From positions 31,682,001-31,746,000 of the forward strand of contig OZ024746.1 of the NCBI GenBank assembly GCA_964016885.1: DNA of 64,000 nt, given 5' to 3'. Under the pieces are notes generated by a model. It saw only the letters and a program-made list of their open reading frames with translations, was not told the DNA's origin and made no database searches. The DNA is from Eledone cirrhosa (lineage: Eukaryota). The position numbers and the translations under genes were made by a program. This document shows, piece by piece, positions 1 through 11,612 of the stretch. Numbering within the stretch: the stretch's first letter is position 1; every line of letters starts with the position of its first letter.

Positions 1-805
1 GGCTGGATGCCCTTCCTAACACCAACCACGTTTACAGTGTGGACTGGGAGGTTTTTACCGTGTTACCTACATGGCCACATTACAGTGTGGACTGTGTGAT
101 TTTTTGTCGTGACACCTACACGACCTCATTTATTTAGGACTGGAAGTTGTGGTACCAACATAACTTTACATCGAAAGGGGTGGGGGTAGGGGTAGTGGGA
201 CGGGGGTGTATTTTGGTTAAGAGGTGCCTACTGATTGTAGGTTTCACTTTGTACTTAGGCAAGGCGGCTCTTCTGAATTACTGCGTAGTGCCAAAGATCT
301 CGGTCCAGTGACATTGTCTTGGAGAGGTGTAAGTGTGTGAGGTCGGAATTTATCAAGTCGTCCCAGGTTTTTCTGGGTCTGCCTACTCCGTAGCTACCGT
401 CTATTTTTATCGCTCTGCACTTTTTTATACAGCTGTCGTCTTTCATGCGCATCACGTGACCATACCAACGTAGTCTTCTCTCGAGTAAACAGCATCTGAT
501 CCCTCTTATTCCTAATTTCTCACTTAGTTCATTTATGCTTTGTCGTTCACGTATATTACTATTACACATCCAACGGAGCATGCAAGCTTCATTCCTCTCC
601 AGTCTGCGTAGATCCTCTGCACACAATGTCCATGTCTCACTGCCATGTAACATAGCTGTTCGTATGCAGGCATCATTCAGCCTGCCTTTCATTTTTAGAG
701 AGAAATCTTTAGCGGCTAATAGTGGTATAAGCTCTCTGAACTTTTCCCATCCCGTTCTGACTCTGGCTACTGTACTTTCAGAACATCCTCCACCACTGCT
801 GATTT
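1..805 (-). mobile_element. RTE-clade LINE copy 1, 5'-truncated (C-terminal ORF part plus 3' UTR; 3' tail lies outside the window)
   Basis: ORF 255..692 (MLHGSETW...RRLRWYGHVMRM...GRPRKTW) is the typical RTE C-terminus. It is colinear with 16805-17610 and 27250-28070. Confidence 0.9.
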
Positions 806-935
806 TTTGCCTTTCATCCTTATGAGGGTCAATAAAATAAACTACCAGTCACACACTGGGGTCAATTTGATCGACTCTCCTCTCCCCCAAAATTGCTGGC
901 CTTGTGCCTATATAAGAAACCATTATAGTAGAGCT
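806..935 (+). mobile_element. SINE 3' half
   Basis: ttgcctttcatcc...aataaaataa.taccag...aaattgctggccttgtgcc body, also seen at 1038-1150 and inverted at 7341-7527. Confidence 0.75.
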
Positions 936-1153
936 GTGAAGGGCAGTGGATTGGCAGCATTGTTATAACATCAAACAACATAGTCTCTGGCATATAGTTA
1001 TGGTTAATTCTGAATTCAAATCCAGCCGAGGTTAGCTTTGCCTTTCATCTTTATGGGGATCAATAAAATAAAGTACCAGAGTTGCACTGAGATCGCTTTA
1101 ATCAAATTTCCCCTTCCCTTGAAATTGCTGGCTTTGTGCCAAATGTAGAAACA
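936..1153 (+). mobile_element. tRNA-head-type SINE with 14-bp target-site duplication
   Basis: A-box-like ggcagtggattggcag and B-box-like aattcaaatcc. Flanked by the direct repeat attatagtagagct at 922-935 and 1154-1167. Confidence 0.75.
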
Positions 1154-1169
1154 ATTATAGTAGAGCTAA

Positions 1170-1687
1170 CCTATTGAGAATTTTCCTATCAAAAGATAAG
1201 TTGGAGACTATCCTGATTATATTTGTTCCTAGGTTTCTAATTGTATCTGTAAAGTTATTGGGGTTCTTATTGATATATAATGGCTCTGTATTCAGTTTCC
1301 TATAAAAAGGGATGATAACATGTTATAATATTTAATTCAATGTCTACAAAATGAACTATTGTTAGTTTGGTGGAGATAATTATATTTAAGTCAAACTCTT
1401 GGAATATGCATAGCAGTCCCTTTCTGAATCTGTTCATTGTGTGGCATTTCATATTTTGTGAGACTGCCCACTGAGGAGATTTGGGATTTCCTAGGGCATG
1501 GTATATATATATAGGGTTATGGTTAGGGTTCCCTAACCTTAACCTTATATGGGGCTTACCACCTATGATTTCAAAGAATGGTATATCTGGAAAATATCCT
1601 GCAGAAATTACTGCCTATCTCAAGTTACATAACTTGATAGGGAGTCAATTAAATGATCCAGTGTTAATAAGATCATCACTGTGTTAA
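1170..1687 (-). pseudogene. Highly decayed Penelope-like retroelement RT fragment
   Basis: Manual minus-strand translation across frameshifts gives KGLLCIFQEFDLNIIISTKLTIVHFVDIELNI...RKLNTEPLYINKNP...TIRNLGTNIIRIVSNLS. This resembles the PLE RT 'VNFLDVTLNL...KPN..PLYIN..SNHP..I..RIS.LS' region. Confidence 0.55.
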
Positions 1688-1963
1688 TTAATAATAATAA
1701 TAATAATAATAATGATTTCTTTATTAACCACAAGGGTTTACATAAAGTAGACATTAAGGACAGTGCAGGACAATGCAGGACGGTACAAATGGGCATTTCT
1801 GCGTGTAAAAAACAAAAACAGAGGATGTAACAAAAAATAACAATGAAAAATTCCCCAATAGGGGGGAGACTTCGGAGGGACATTTGTGGAGAAAGCCCAG
1901 TAAAAAGCCACAATGACCCTGACCACCAAGGCAAGTGCCCTCTCCCAGTTTTCCACCTTTAAT

Positions 1964-4900
1964 TTACAGATATATACTCAGAGTAGGCCCATTCACTCGG
2001 GCCATTCTTGCTTCTCTCACCCATCTTTCAACAAAATGCTGGGAAGAGAGCACTTCCCTCTCTACTCTGATTTTCCTTTTCAAATGAAATTTGAAAAAGT
2101 CAATCAGAGCATCACCGAAGAGGTAAGTGCTCGTCTTCAGCCCTTTCAAATGTGTCCACCATACTATCTCTTTCGCCATGGCCACCAGACAGATAAAAAC
2201 TGCCTGCCCTTCCCGGCTAAAGGAAGAGGGCGGGGCAATCCTCACGATGGACTCAGATGATAGCCGGATCCGTCCTAAACGCGACAGCAGGTGTTCGACA
2301 TAAACCCACAAGTCAGCAATTTTCGGACACTGGATGAGTGCGTGCAGGACGGTTTCGTCGCCCTGCGCGCATCTCGGACATGCCCGGCTGACGGCACCTC
2401 CATGCCTGTAGAGTTTATCCCGAACTGGCAAGGCTCCTCGGTAGCACTGCCAGGCCAGAGATTTCTGGAAGTTGTCCATAGGCCCTGGCCCGAAAGTTCT
2501 TCCGAAGAGATTGGCTAGTTGATTTTCGTCGACGCCTAGAGTTTCCCCAAGTACGTCGTCGCTCTTCCCCTCCACTAATCCTCTATAGAACGCCGAGGTG
2601 GAGTTTCCACCGATCACATTGCCCGATTGGTCGAGGGCTGTGAGCGCCTGAAGACATTCCAGTCTCCAGGCGCTCCCTCTCGGTCTTCGCTTGATCCAGG
2701 ACTGCAGCTCCGTCAAGGAAACGAGCTGGGGAAATACGTGTCTAGCAAACGGCGACCACACCTGATCACCGTCGAGGAAGAGGTGGAGATGTCGTAGCCT
2801 GAGCGCGTTCCTGCGCATCATCAGCCACGGCATGCCCAGCCCTCCACGTAGCGGGTGTTGACAACAGATGAACCGCCTGACCATCGGAGTGCGTCCCTTC
2901 CACAAAAAGCGAAAGAGCAAACGCTCCAGCGCAGTCAGGCGAGGCTTAGGACAAGGTACGACGGTCAGGCGGTAGCAGATGACAGACGCGATGTACGCGT
3001 TAGCCACCTCCGCTCGACCTTTTAGGGATAGCTTCCTCTCCGCCCATTTCTGGGTGAGAGAAGCCACCCTGCTCGTCACCTCGTCCCAGTTTTTGTCCGT
3101 CTGGAGGTCCGGACCGAACCAGACCCCTAGCAATTTAACCGGTCCGTCCGTCCAGCGTCCGACGATGCTGTTGGACGGCATGGACCTGCCTCTCCAGGTG
3201 CCGAGCTGCAGGCCCACTGACTTTTTCTGGTTGATCATTGCTCCTGTCACCGCTTCGTATTCTCTTAGTGTAGTGCCGATCGCCTCGATGTGTTTGGCGT
3301 TCGACACCACTACGGTGACATCGTCCGCATATGCTGACACGGATCTTCCGCATCCTAGTTCGCGCGGGACGCCCCTCAACGTCTCCAGTTTGTGCAGTAA
3401 TGGCTCGAGAGTCAATACGTACAAGAGGGACGAGAGGGGACATCCTTGGCGGACCGAGCGCATGATGTTGAACGGTTCCGACAGGTGACCGTTCACTCTC
3501 ACCACAGAGCAGATGTCGCTGTGCATGGCAGCGATCCAGCCTCTGAAGACGGGCCCAAAGCCAGCCGCCCTCAGGACTGCCGCTAGGTAACGATGGTCGA
3601 CCCTATCGAAAGCTTTCGACTGATCTAAATTGATCAAGGACCCACCCGTGCCAGGTTCCCTAGCTACCCTCTCTACGATGTATCGCATGAGGTGGAGGTT
3701 GTCGTGGATGGATCTGTCGGGAATGGCGCATGTCTGCGCCTCTCCCACCAGACCACCAACGAACAGTTGAGCGAAGTGTCGCTGAAAAGCTTCACACATT
3801 TGCCCGGGATCGAGTAGCATGCGCCCGTCGTGGTCCACCAAAGACCGGATCGTGGCTTTGTTGCCACGACGCGCCTCCGCCACTCGGGCCCATTGAACGG
3901 CTTTCGTCCCCTCGTGTCTGAGAGCACGCACCCTAGCTCTGACAACGCAGCCTTCGTGCTTTCTATTGAAGAATTGGTCAAGGGCCAATTTCGCCGCAAG
4001 TACGTCGGTCGCGATGCCTTTGCTAAGCGCCTCGTCTAATTTTCTAACTAATTCTCCCTCTGCTCTATTTTTCTCTATTGCTAAAGCCTTACTAAACCTA
4101 ATGGACTCTATTCTAATTGCTCTTTTCAGAGCAAACCACCACTTGTTGTTGACGATGGCCCCCGTCAACGCCCGCTTAACTAGTTCGCTAATCCGGTCTC
4201 TGTAGGCCTTGCGCGCTGGTAAGGACGCGTTTAGCTTCCAGTAGCCGGGTCCTCGTCTATGAAGCCTATCTAAGTCAAGCACACAGATCACGAATTTGTG
4301 GTCCGTGTAGCTGACTATCTTGAATTGTGGACAGCCTATGCTAGACCTATCTATTTCCCTACAAAATACTCTATCTAGATATGATCTGGATGACCCTATG
4401 CGATTTGTCCAAGTCCACATTGGTACATTCGGGAAATCCATTCGGTACCGGTCAGACAGTTCAAAACGCCTGAGCAGGTTGGTGAGACTCTTGCACCCTC
4501 CTTCCCTATCCACTAATCCCACACAATCCCAGCGTGCATCTAAGATCCCGTTCCAGTCGCCCACTAACACTAAAGAGCGGGACATTCCAAGAAAGGTCTC
4601 CAGATGCCGGAAGAAATCAGGCCGCCCTGCTCCTGTCGGGGCATAGACGGCCACTAACCTGAAAGCTTGCCCGTCTCCGCTGGTCACGTCCAGCACCACC
4701 AACTTACCTTCTGGGTCCAGGAAGATGGCCCGTATGGCAAGATCCAAACCTCTCCGAAAAAGCACAGCAACTCCTCCCCCCCGATCCCGGACGGCTGGGA
4801 GATGCGTACACATCGTAGCCGCCGAAGATCGGTGCGAAGGCCCGTGCTTCGGAGATTCTGGTCTCGCTGATGGCCACTACATCTATGTTTAGTGACCTGA

Positions 4901-4979
4901 GGTCGTTGAGCAGGTGGCCCTGCTTCCATGACGACCCCAAGCCACGCGCATTTATGCTGCCTATTCTGAGTGAGGTCAT
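1964..4979 (-). pseudogene. Tx1-like ORF2 (APE endonuclease, reverse transcriptase, C-terminal CCHC finger); frameshift near 4780 and internal deletion near 3755
   Basis: SINARGL, AISET, VGDWN, SYLDR, YTDH (APE); DQSKAFDRVDH, VRQGCPLS, AYADD, KLLG (RT); CPRCAQGDETVLHALIQC. The N-terminus is in ORF 4704..4979 and the rest in 1964..4813. Confidence 0.92.
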
Positions 4980-5013
4980 GTTGAAAAGGAGTGGAAAAGA
5001 TGGGAAAGACCAC

Positions 5014-6906
5014 TTACCTTACTTCTCGTAGGGGAAGGACGGTTTTTCCACCCTTTTCACTGCTTGTGGCCTCCTCAGGAAGGATGTCCTTATAAATCCC
5101 CCTGGAGAGTGCTTGTCGGAAGTCTCCGATGTCTTTGGGGAATTTTTGTTTTAGTGTCATGTACGTTTTCTGTGTGATGCGAGTGATTTGTATATGTGGA
5201 GGTGGTGTGAATTTTTGGGTTGTTGTGTAGTCTTTTTCTGTGATGCTGGTGTTGTGTTGGATGTAGTGTAATAATTGCTTGTTGTTCAAATTTAATGCTG
5301 TGTAGTGTGTATCGTTTTGGTTGTTTTGTTTTGTTTTGTTTGCGTTTGTTGTGGGTTTGTTTCTGTTTCGCATTTTGGTGACTTTTGTGGTGTAGGTGAT
5401 GGTGGTGTTGGGGTTAATGATGGTGATGGTGTTGGTGTTTGGGTTGATGGGGTTGGTGATGCTGGTGTAGATGGTGGCATATCTGTCCTAACTTTTTTGT
5501 TTGTTAATTCATTTGTTTCCCTCTGTATTTTGTTTTTGGAGGGGGAAGGAAGAGAATTTTTTCTTTTTTTTTTTTTTTTTTTTTCCTGATACCGTTTCCC
5601 ACTCCTCGTCGTCACAATCTGTCTCCAGTTGTGATAGGCCGGGGAGTGGAAAATCCTCCACAGGCGTTAGTTTTGGTTGTGGCGTGGTGGATGGTGTAGG
5701 CGCTGGTGCTAGTTCTGAAGCGTTGGGTGGTGTTGGTGTTGGTTTTGCTACTGTTGTTGCTGCCATCTCTGCTACTGGTGGTGTTGATGGTTGTGTCACT
5801 GGGGTGGGTAGTAGAGGTGGCCTCAACCTTTTAGCCTGAGGGCAGAAAGCCCTTAGGTCGGTTCCTTCACCACAAACGACACACCTAGGCCTTCTGCCCT
5901 CGACAATTACGGTGAGGTGGCTGCCGTCAGTGAGGTCTATTACCTCTGGGATCTCCTTAATGCTTTTTTGGTCCGCTTGGATCAGGAGCTCCATCCCAGA
6001 TCCGGACCAGTTCTCCTGCTTTTCTTTTGCTATTGCTATTATCTTTGTGTTGGCTTCGATGCCGGCGAGGACGGCCGCTATTAGCCAGGGAATTTCGATG
6101 GCCGGTGGAACGTGGGTCACCCTGATCTTTACGAGTCTCTGGCCACAATAGCTTGGGACGAGTGTGAAGTCGTCACTTCTTAATGGGGCCATGGAGTGTT
6201 CTCTAGCCTCCCCTGGTGTTTCAAAGAACACGTCCACGGTTCCATACTTCTGCCCACGTCTGATGTGGGTTTTTCTTGCCCACACATGTCCCAAAGCTTT
6301 TTGGATTTGGGACTCGGATGCCCGTTCCACTCGGCGCGATTTTACATTTATTGTTCGATACGACACGGTGCATAGGCACCGATGCTCCATTTTATTAGGT
6401 GGGGGTGGGGGGGGGGGGGGGGGGGCTGACCCTGTACCCATCTTTCTTTACCATTTGTTTGGCATTTTCTAAATCCTCCTGAGTTACCGTAAATGCTTCG
6501 AACTGTTTTGCTACTCTGGCAAAACTCAGGCTGGTTTTTTTAATGTCATTGTTGTTGTTGTTGCTATCGTTATTTTTGTTTCAGTTGTGGTGGTGGTGAC
6601 GTCAGTCGTCTTTGGTGGGGAAGAGTCCATTTTGCTTGATTTCATTTCGACATCACGAGTTAATTTATTTTTTTCTTCTTTTGTTTCTGTTGTCGCGGCG
6701 GTGGTGGTGGTGGAGGCTTTAACACCTGCAGTCATTGGTAATGGCGGGAAATGAATGTCTGCCTGAGACAAATTTAAAATATTGCTACTGCTTATATTTT
6801 TTTTAGTGTTGGCAAATGTAGTAACATTTACAATGGTGGTGTCGGTGTGAGGTGTTAATTTGTGAGAAAGGCTTTCAGCTGCTTGGTGCAGTGGTGAATT
6901 AGCCAT
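5014..6906 (-). pseudogene. Tx1-like ORF1 (RRM-like region, degenerate zinc knuckle, Pro/Thr-rich tail), split at homopolymer runs
   Basis: Segments 6526..6906, an unlisted bridge (TSLSFARVAKQFEAF...), 5509..6441 with CVVCGEGTDLRAFC, then 5292..5615 and 5014..5373. Breaks coincide with T7 (~6535), the G-run (6398-6425) and T22 (5563-5584). Confidence 0.75.
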
Positions 6907-7116
6907 TTTTTTTTCAAAGAAATTTTTTGATAATCATAAAAGTTTAAATTTTGGGCACAAGGCCCCAATCTTTTTGGGTGTCCTTTTCGGAAAACAATGT
7001 ATGTGCGCTTATATATAGTTAACAATAAAAATTTTCCATAAATGGCAATTTTTAACAAACGGAAATAACAAACCTTTGCGGAGCTCACGATGATACGATT
7101 TACTACGTAGGTCGCC

Positions 7117-7166
<50 letters not shown>

Positions 7167-7270
7167 TTTCTTTATTGGCCACAAGGGCTGACATCAAGAA
7201 AAACATTACAGACGGCACAGGACAGTACAGGACGGTACGGTGTGGGTTTTGTGCGTGTAAAGATTTTTAT
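7117..7270 (-). mobile_element. (AAT)n plus ~100-bp 3'-terminal fragment of a related Tx1-like element
   Basis: gatttctttattggccacaaggg...caggacagtacaggacggtac...tgcgtgtaaa parallels 1713-1810. Confidence 0.8.
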
Positions 7271-7340
7271 TATTTATATAAAAAAAGAAAAAAAAGACAT
7301 AGAAACATATATATATATATAAACAATAATAATAATAATA

Positions 7341-7527
7341 ATTGTTTCTACTTTAGGCACAAAGCCAGCAATTACCCAGTGCATTACTGGTACTTTATTT
7401 ATCGACCCCGTAAGGATGAAAGGCAAAGACAACCTCGGCGGGATTTGAACTCAGATCGTAAAGGGACGTAACTATGCTGGAAAGCATGGCGTCCGACCCT
7501 CCACTGATACTGCCAATCCACCGCCCT
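7341..7527 (-). mobile_element. SINE (same family as 936-1153), internally deleted, embedded in (AAT)n
   Basis: Reverse complement of the SINE body, with B-box gagttcaaatcc on the minus strand and (AAT)n on both sides. Confidence 0.8.
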
Positions 7528-7889
7528 TAATAATAATAATAATAATAATAATAATGTCAAATCTAAACTATAATATAATAATAATAACAAGCAACAAGTC
7601 AAAAGATTATAGAACAGAACACAGACAAAAACAAATCCAACAACGAAAACAAATTTCAAAAGTTTTGAACGCAACAACCCCTACTTCCCACGTAGCTAAA
7701 ATAAAAAAACTGCAGCAGCAGCAACAACAACACTAGTAACCGATGTTACTGGCCTTGAAAAACGAAAAACGTAAAGGAAAAAAAAACAAACAAACAAAAA
7801 ATAAACTAAGTCAGACATTCAAACATTACAATGAAACTTATGTTTATTTTTTAAAGTTTTTATCTATTTATTTGTTTATTTATTTATGT

Positions 7890-10800
7890 TCGTCTACAGC
7901 GTGATAGTGCCACGCTAAAATCACCGGGAGTGATGAAATCACTGGGGGTGATGAATCATTGGTGGTTATGTAACCATACATTTACCAATCCTCGATATGA
8001 GTGTTTAAATGTCGAACCTAAACAGTTCAAATAACGGTGAAGAGGAGACTGGAACGTCATGTGACAGACTCTCACCCAGCAAGTGCCCCCTGGCCCAGCA
8101 GCAGGGACCTGGCTGTCATCCAAATACTGCTGGTGCTGGAGGAAGAAGAAGAAGGAAAGGGACAAGAACCAACTGGATGAAAGAATTGAATAGAACTGAA
8201 GAGTAACCCCAAGGAAAAAGGCTATAGGACACGGATGCATAACATCTGGAACGAGATTGTTAAATTAGATGAACAAAAATTGGCCGGGCAGGCCCGGGTA
8301 ATAAGAACTAATGGATGGGTAAGCGAGTTGGAACTGGAGGAACTGAGCAGAGAGATTAGGTTAGAAATGGAGAGTGGAGTATGCCAGACAAACGAGTCAG
8401 TGGGAAATGAAGGTGAAGAGGTTGAGAAAACGGAGGAAGCATCCGAAGTAGACAATGATCTGAATGCTGAAATAAATAACATCTGGAACAAAGATACGGC
8501 CATTGAAGAAATGAATGCTGACGGGCTAGGACAAGATTTGGTTGATATCCTAAACTTAGTGGTAGATGAAATGAACAATGATAGTGGGAAACCTATGAAC
8601 TTAAGATTTGTAGACAGGAAAAAGTTAAAAGAAACAACAGCTAAGGTAAACAAAGTCATCCCATACCTTGAGGCGAGGAACCTTCACCACTGCAACAATA
8701 TCCTCAAAGCAACAGCAAATGCGGTGAGGAAATTACTTGGCATAAAAACGAGAGGAAACAACAAACAAGAAAGATCAGAACCTTGGTGGAAAAAACGACT
8801 GAATGGTCACATCAAGGAAATGAGAAATGACATTGGAAAGCTTGAGTCCCTACTGAATGGGACACTACAAAACACTAGAAATACACTAAAAATAGACTGG
8901 AAATAAAGTACAAAACTAGGAGGAAAAGACTAAATATCATCATAGAGGAACTGAAGCAACGCATTGTAGCAAAGAGTGCAAAGATTAGGCGGTATGAGAG
9001 CAGAGTCAGTCAGTATAGACAGAACCGCATGTTCGACAACCAGAAGATGTTATTTGAACAGCTTGAAGGGAAAGAAAGAGGCAACGACTTGATCCCTGAG
9101 GCGGAACAGACTAAGACATTCTGGAGAGGAATATGGGAGCAGGATGTTGAACATAATGATCAGGCAGTGTGGATTGAGACAGTACAAACTGATTTGAGTA
9201 TCACAGTTGAAACTCTTATTAGGGCAGGCCAAAAAACTAACCAATTGGAAATCACCAGGCCCAGATGGCGTGCAGGGGTATTGGATAAAAAATATAACAT
9301 CCCTCCACCCGAAACTGACAACCATGTCGGGTGAGGTACCAGAGTACCACAGTTCTGGTAATGAAAGACTGAATCAAGGGTAATGATGTTACCAACTATA
9401 GACCTATCACATGTCTGTCCGTAATGTGGAAACTGTTAACAAGCATTGTGTCTGAGGAAATCTACCATCACCTCCACATAAACAACTTGTTATTGGACGA
9501 ACATAAAGGATGCCGAAAGAAGTCCCGTGGTACAAAAGACCAGTTACTTATTGATAAGATGGTAATGAGGAATTGCAAGAGGAGACACACTGGTCTTGCC
9601 ATGGGATGATGGATAGATTACAAAAAGGCATTCGACATGGTACCTCATTCTTGGATAACCAAAAGCCTAGAGATCTTCAACGTGGCAGATAACATTAGAC
9701 AGTTGTTGAGCAAAAGTATGAAGTCCTGGGAAACAGAGTTAACATCAGGTGGAGAATCCTTGGGAGGCGTGAAGATCAAGAGAGGTATCTTCCAGAGAGA
9801 TAGTTTGTTCCCTCTGTTGTTTGTCCTTGTCCTGATACCCCTGACCATTATACTGCGAAAAGTGAGAGCAGGATACAAATTGGGAAAAGGAGAGCTTACT
9901 ATCAACCACCTCCTCTTCATGGACGATCTTAAACTCTTTGGGAAGAGTGAGACGGAGTTGGATGTACTTGTTGACACTGTCCGTATTTTCAGCAATGATA
10001 TATGTATGCAATTTGGTATTGGTAAATGTGGAGTCCTAGTGATGAAGAGGGGTAAATTGAGCAGAAGCAACAGAATCCAGGTACCAACAGGTGAGATGAT
10101 AAAGGAAATTGACACTGAAGAAGGATACAAATATTTAGGTGTTCTGGAGGTAGATGACATCAAGAACAAAAAAATGAAGGAATTGATAAGATCTGAGTAC
10201 ATTAGGAGAGTAAGGAGCTTGTTAAAATCACATCTAAATAGTAGGAATGTCATAAGTGCAGTGAATTCCCGAGCTGTGTCTATTATTAGGTACAGTGCGG
10301 GAATTCTGAAATGGAATGTTGCTGGACAAAAAGAAATGGATAGGAAGACTAGGAGGCTATTGATTATCTACAACATGTTCCACAAGAGGAGTGATGTCGA
10401 TAGACTCTACTTAAAGAGATCTGAAGGTGGAAGAGGTCTTATCAGCATAGAGGACTGTGTTCAGATGGAGAAAAACAACCTGCACAAATACATGACTGAC
10501 AGTAGGGAGCCAATGCTCATAATTGTACTGAAGGAGAGGACAATAGACCATGGGATGTCCAAGGAGGAAATAACAACAAGGAAGAAGAGCAACCTTCATG
10601 AAAAATCCCTTCATAGTACCTTCTTTGAGAAAACTGAATTTAGAGATCCACAGACATGGGACTGGTTAAAAAGAGGAGACCTTAAAAAGGCTACAGAAGG
10701 AATGCTAATGGCTGCGCAAGAGCAGGCCCTCAGAATGAAGTGGGTGAAACACCATATTTACAAGGAGGAGGCTAGCCCACTGTGTAGGAGCTGTGGAGAG

Positions 10801-11099
10801 AGAGAGAGGAGACTGTGGCTCACATTGTATCCGAGTGTAAACACCTAGCCCAGACTCACTATAAAGGCTGGAGACATGATGTGATGGGCAGGGTGATCCA
10901 CTGGCACCTATGCAGAGTTTCCAAGGATGGTTAAAGAACATTAGTCCAGCCCCACTTTTTGGAACACTTCAAAAGGCATGCTTGCTGGGAACAGCAAGAA
11001 CCCTCCAATACGTCCTGAATATCTGAGGCTGCAGGTAGCGGCTTGATATTCATTTCAACAAACTTTCCAGTTAAATAACATCAATGACTGAGACTCAAA

Positions 11100-11140
<41 letters not shown>
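7890..11140 (+). mobile_element. Decayed R4/Dong-like (RLE-type) non-LTR retrotransposon with (AAT)n 3' end
   Basis: One broken ORF from 8009 to ~11026: [121 protein letters not shown]. No APE domain. The 5' boundary is approximate. Confidence 0.85.
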
Positions 11141-11220
11141 GGCCTATCACTTGTCTGTCCTCGATATGGAGATTGCTTACAAGCATTATGTCTAACGAAA
11201 TCTACCACCACCTCGAAGAT
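11140..11220 (+). pseudogene. Short RT fragment of a second R4/Dong-like element
   Basis: Translates RPITCLSSIWRLLTSIMSNEIYHHLED, a diverged parallel of 9400-9478. Confidence 0.8.
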
Positions 11221-11559
11221 GTTTGTTTGCTTAATATGCTTGTAAACCTGTGTTATAATTATGTGATACCTTTGCCATACTGTAATATATATGCCTAGTA
11301 CCGTTGCTTGTTTCCTACCTAGCTGTCCTGTATATGCCTAACACATTTACACTCTTATACGCTAATGTACTGCTAATGTCCTCGTTTTGTGAGTAACTTT
11401 CTGCCTTAATGCCTCTTTAATTGTTATACTATTCTCTTGTAATCTCTGTCACATCCACTCCTCTCTGTAAATACGAAACTGTTGATGACATCATTAATAT
11501 CCATGTATCTATATAACTGTTCTGTTGAATAGGAAGTTAATTATATGTCCAAACTTTGC

Positions 11560-11612
11560 TAGTGCTCCGATGATACCAAACGAAAGTTTGGAAGAAACGA
11601 TTGTCAGCAATA
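11560..11612 (+). ncRNA. Type I hammerhead ribozyme motif (U4C variant), probably in a Penelope-like terminal repeat remnant
   Basis: tagtgct-CCGATGA-taccaaac[gaaa]gtttggaa-GAAA-c[gatt]GTC-agcaata gives stems I, II and III and a GUC cleavage triplet. Confidence 0.7.

Larger units (their letters stand above)
1688..7116 (-). mobile_element. Near full-length L1/Tx1-clade non-LTR retrotransposon
   Basis: Two-ORF layout: gag-like ORF1, then APE-RT-CCHC ORF2. The 3' UTR ends in (TTA)n at 1688-1713 and the 5' end abuts (AAT)n at 7117. Confidence 0.9.

Noticed and set aside
2291-4870. Plus-strand ORFs over the Tx1 ORF2 (and similar antisense ORFs over RTE/Dong ORFs)
   Set aside because: They are antisense shadows of retroelement coding sequence with no independent motifs.
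6855-7736. Poly-Leu/Ile/Asn ORFs resembling signal peptides
   Set aside because: They are translations of (AAT)n microsatellites.
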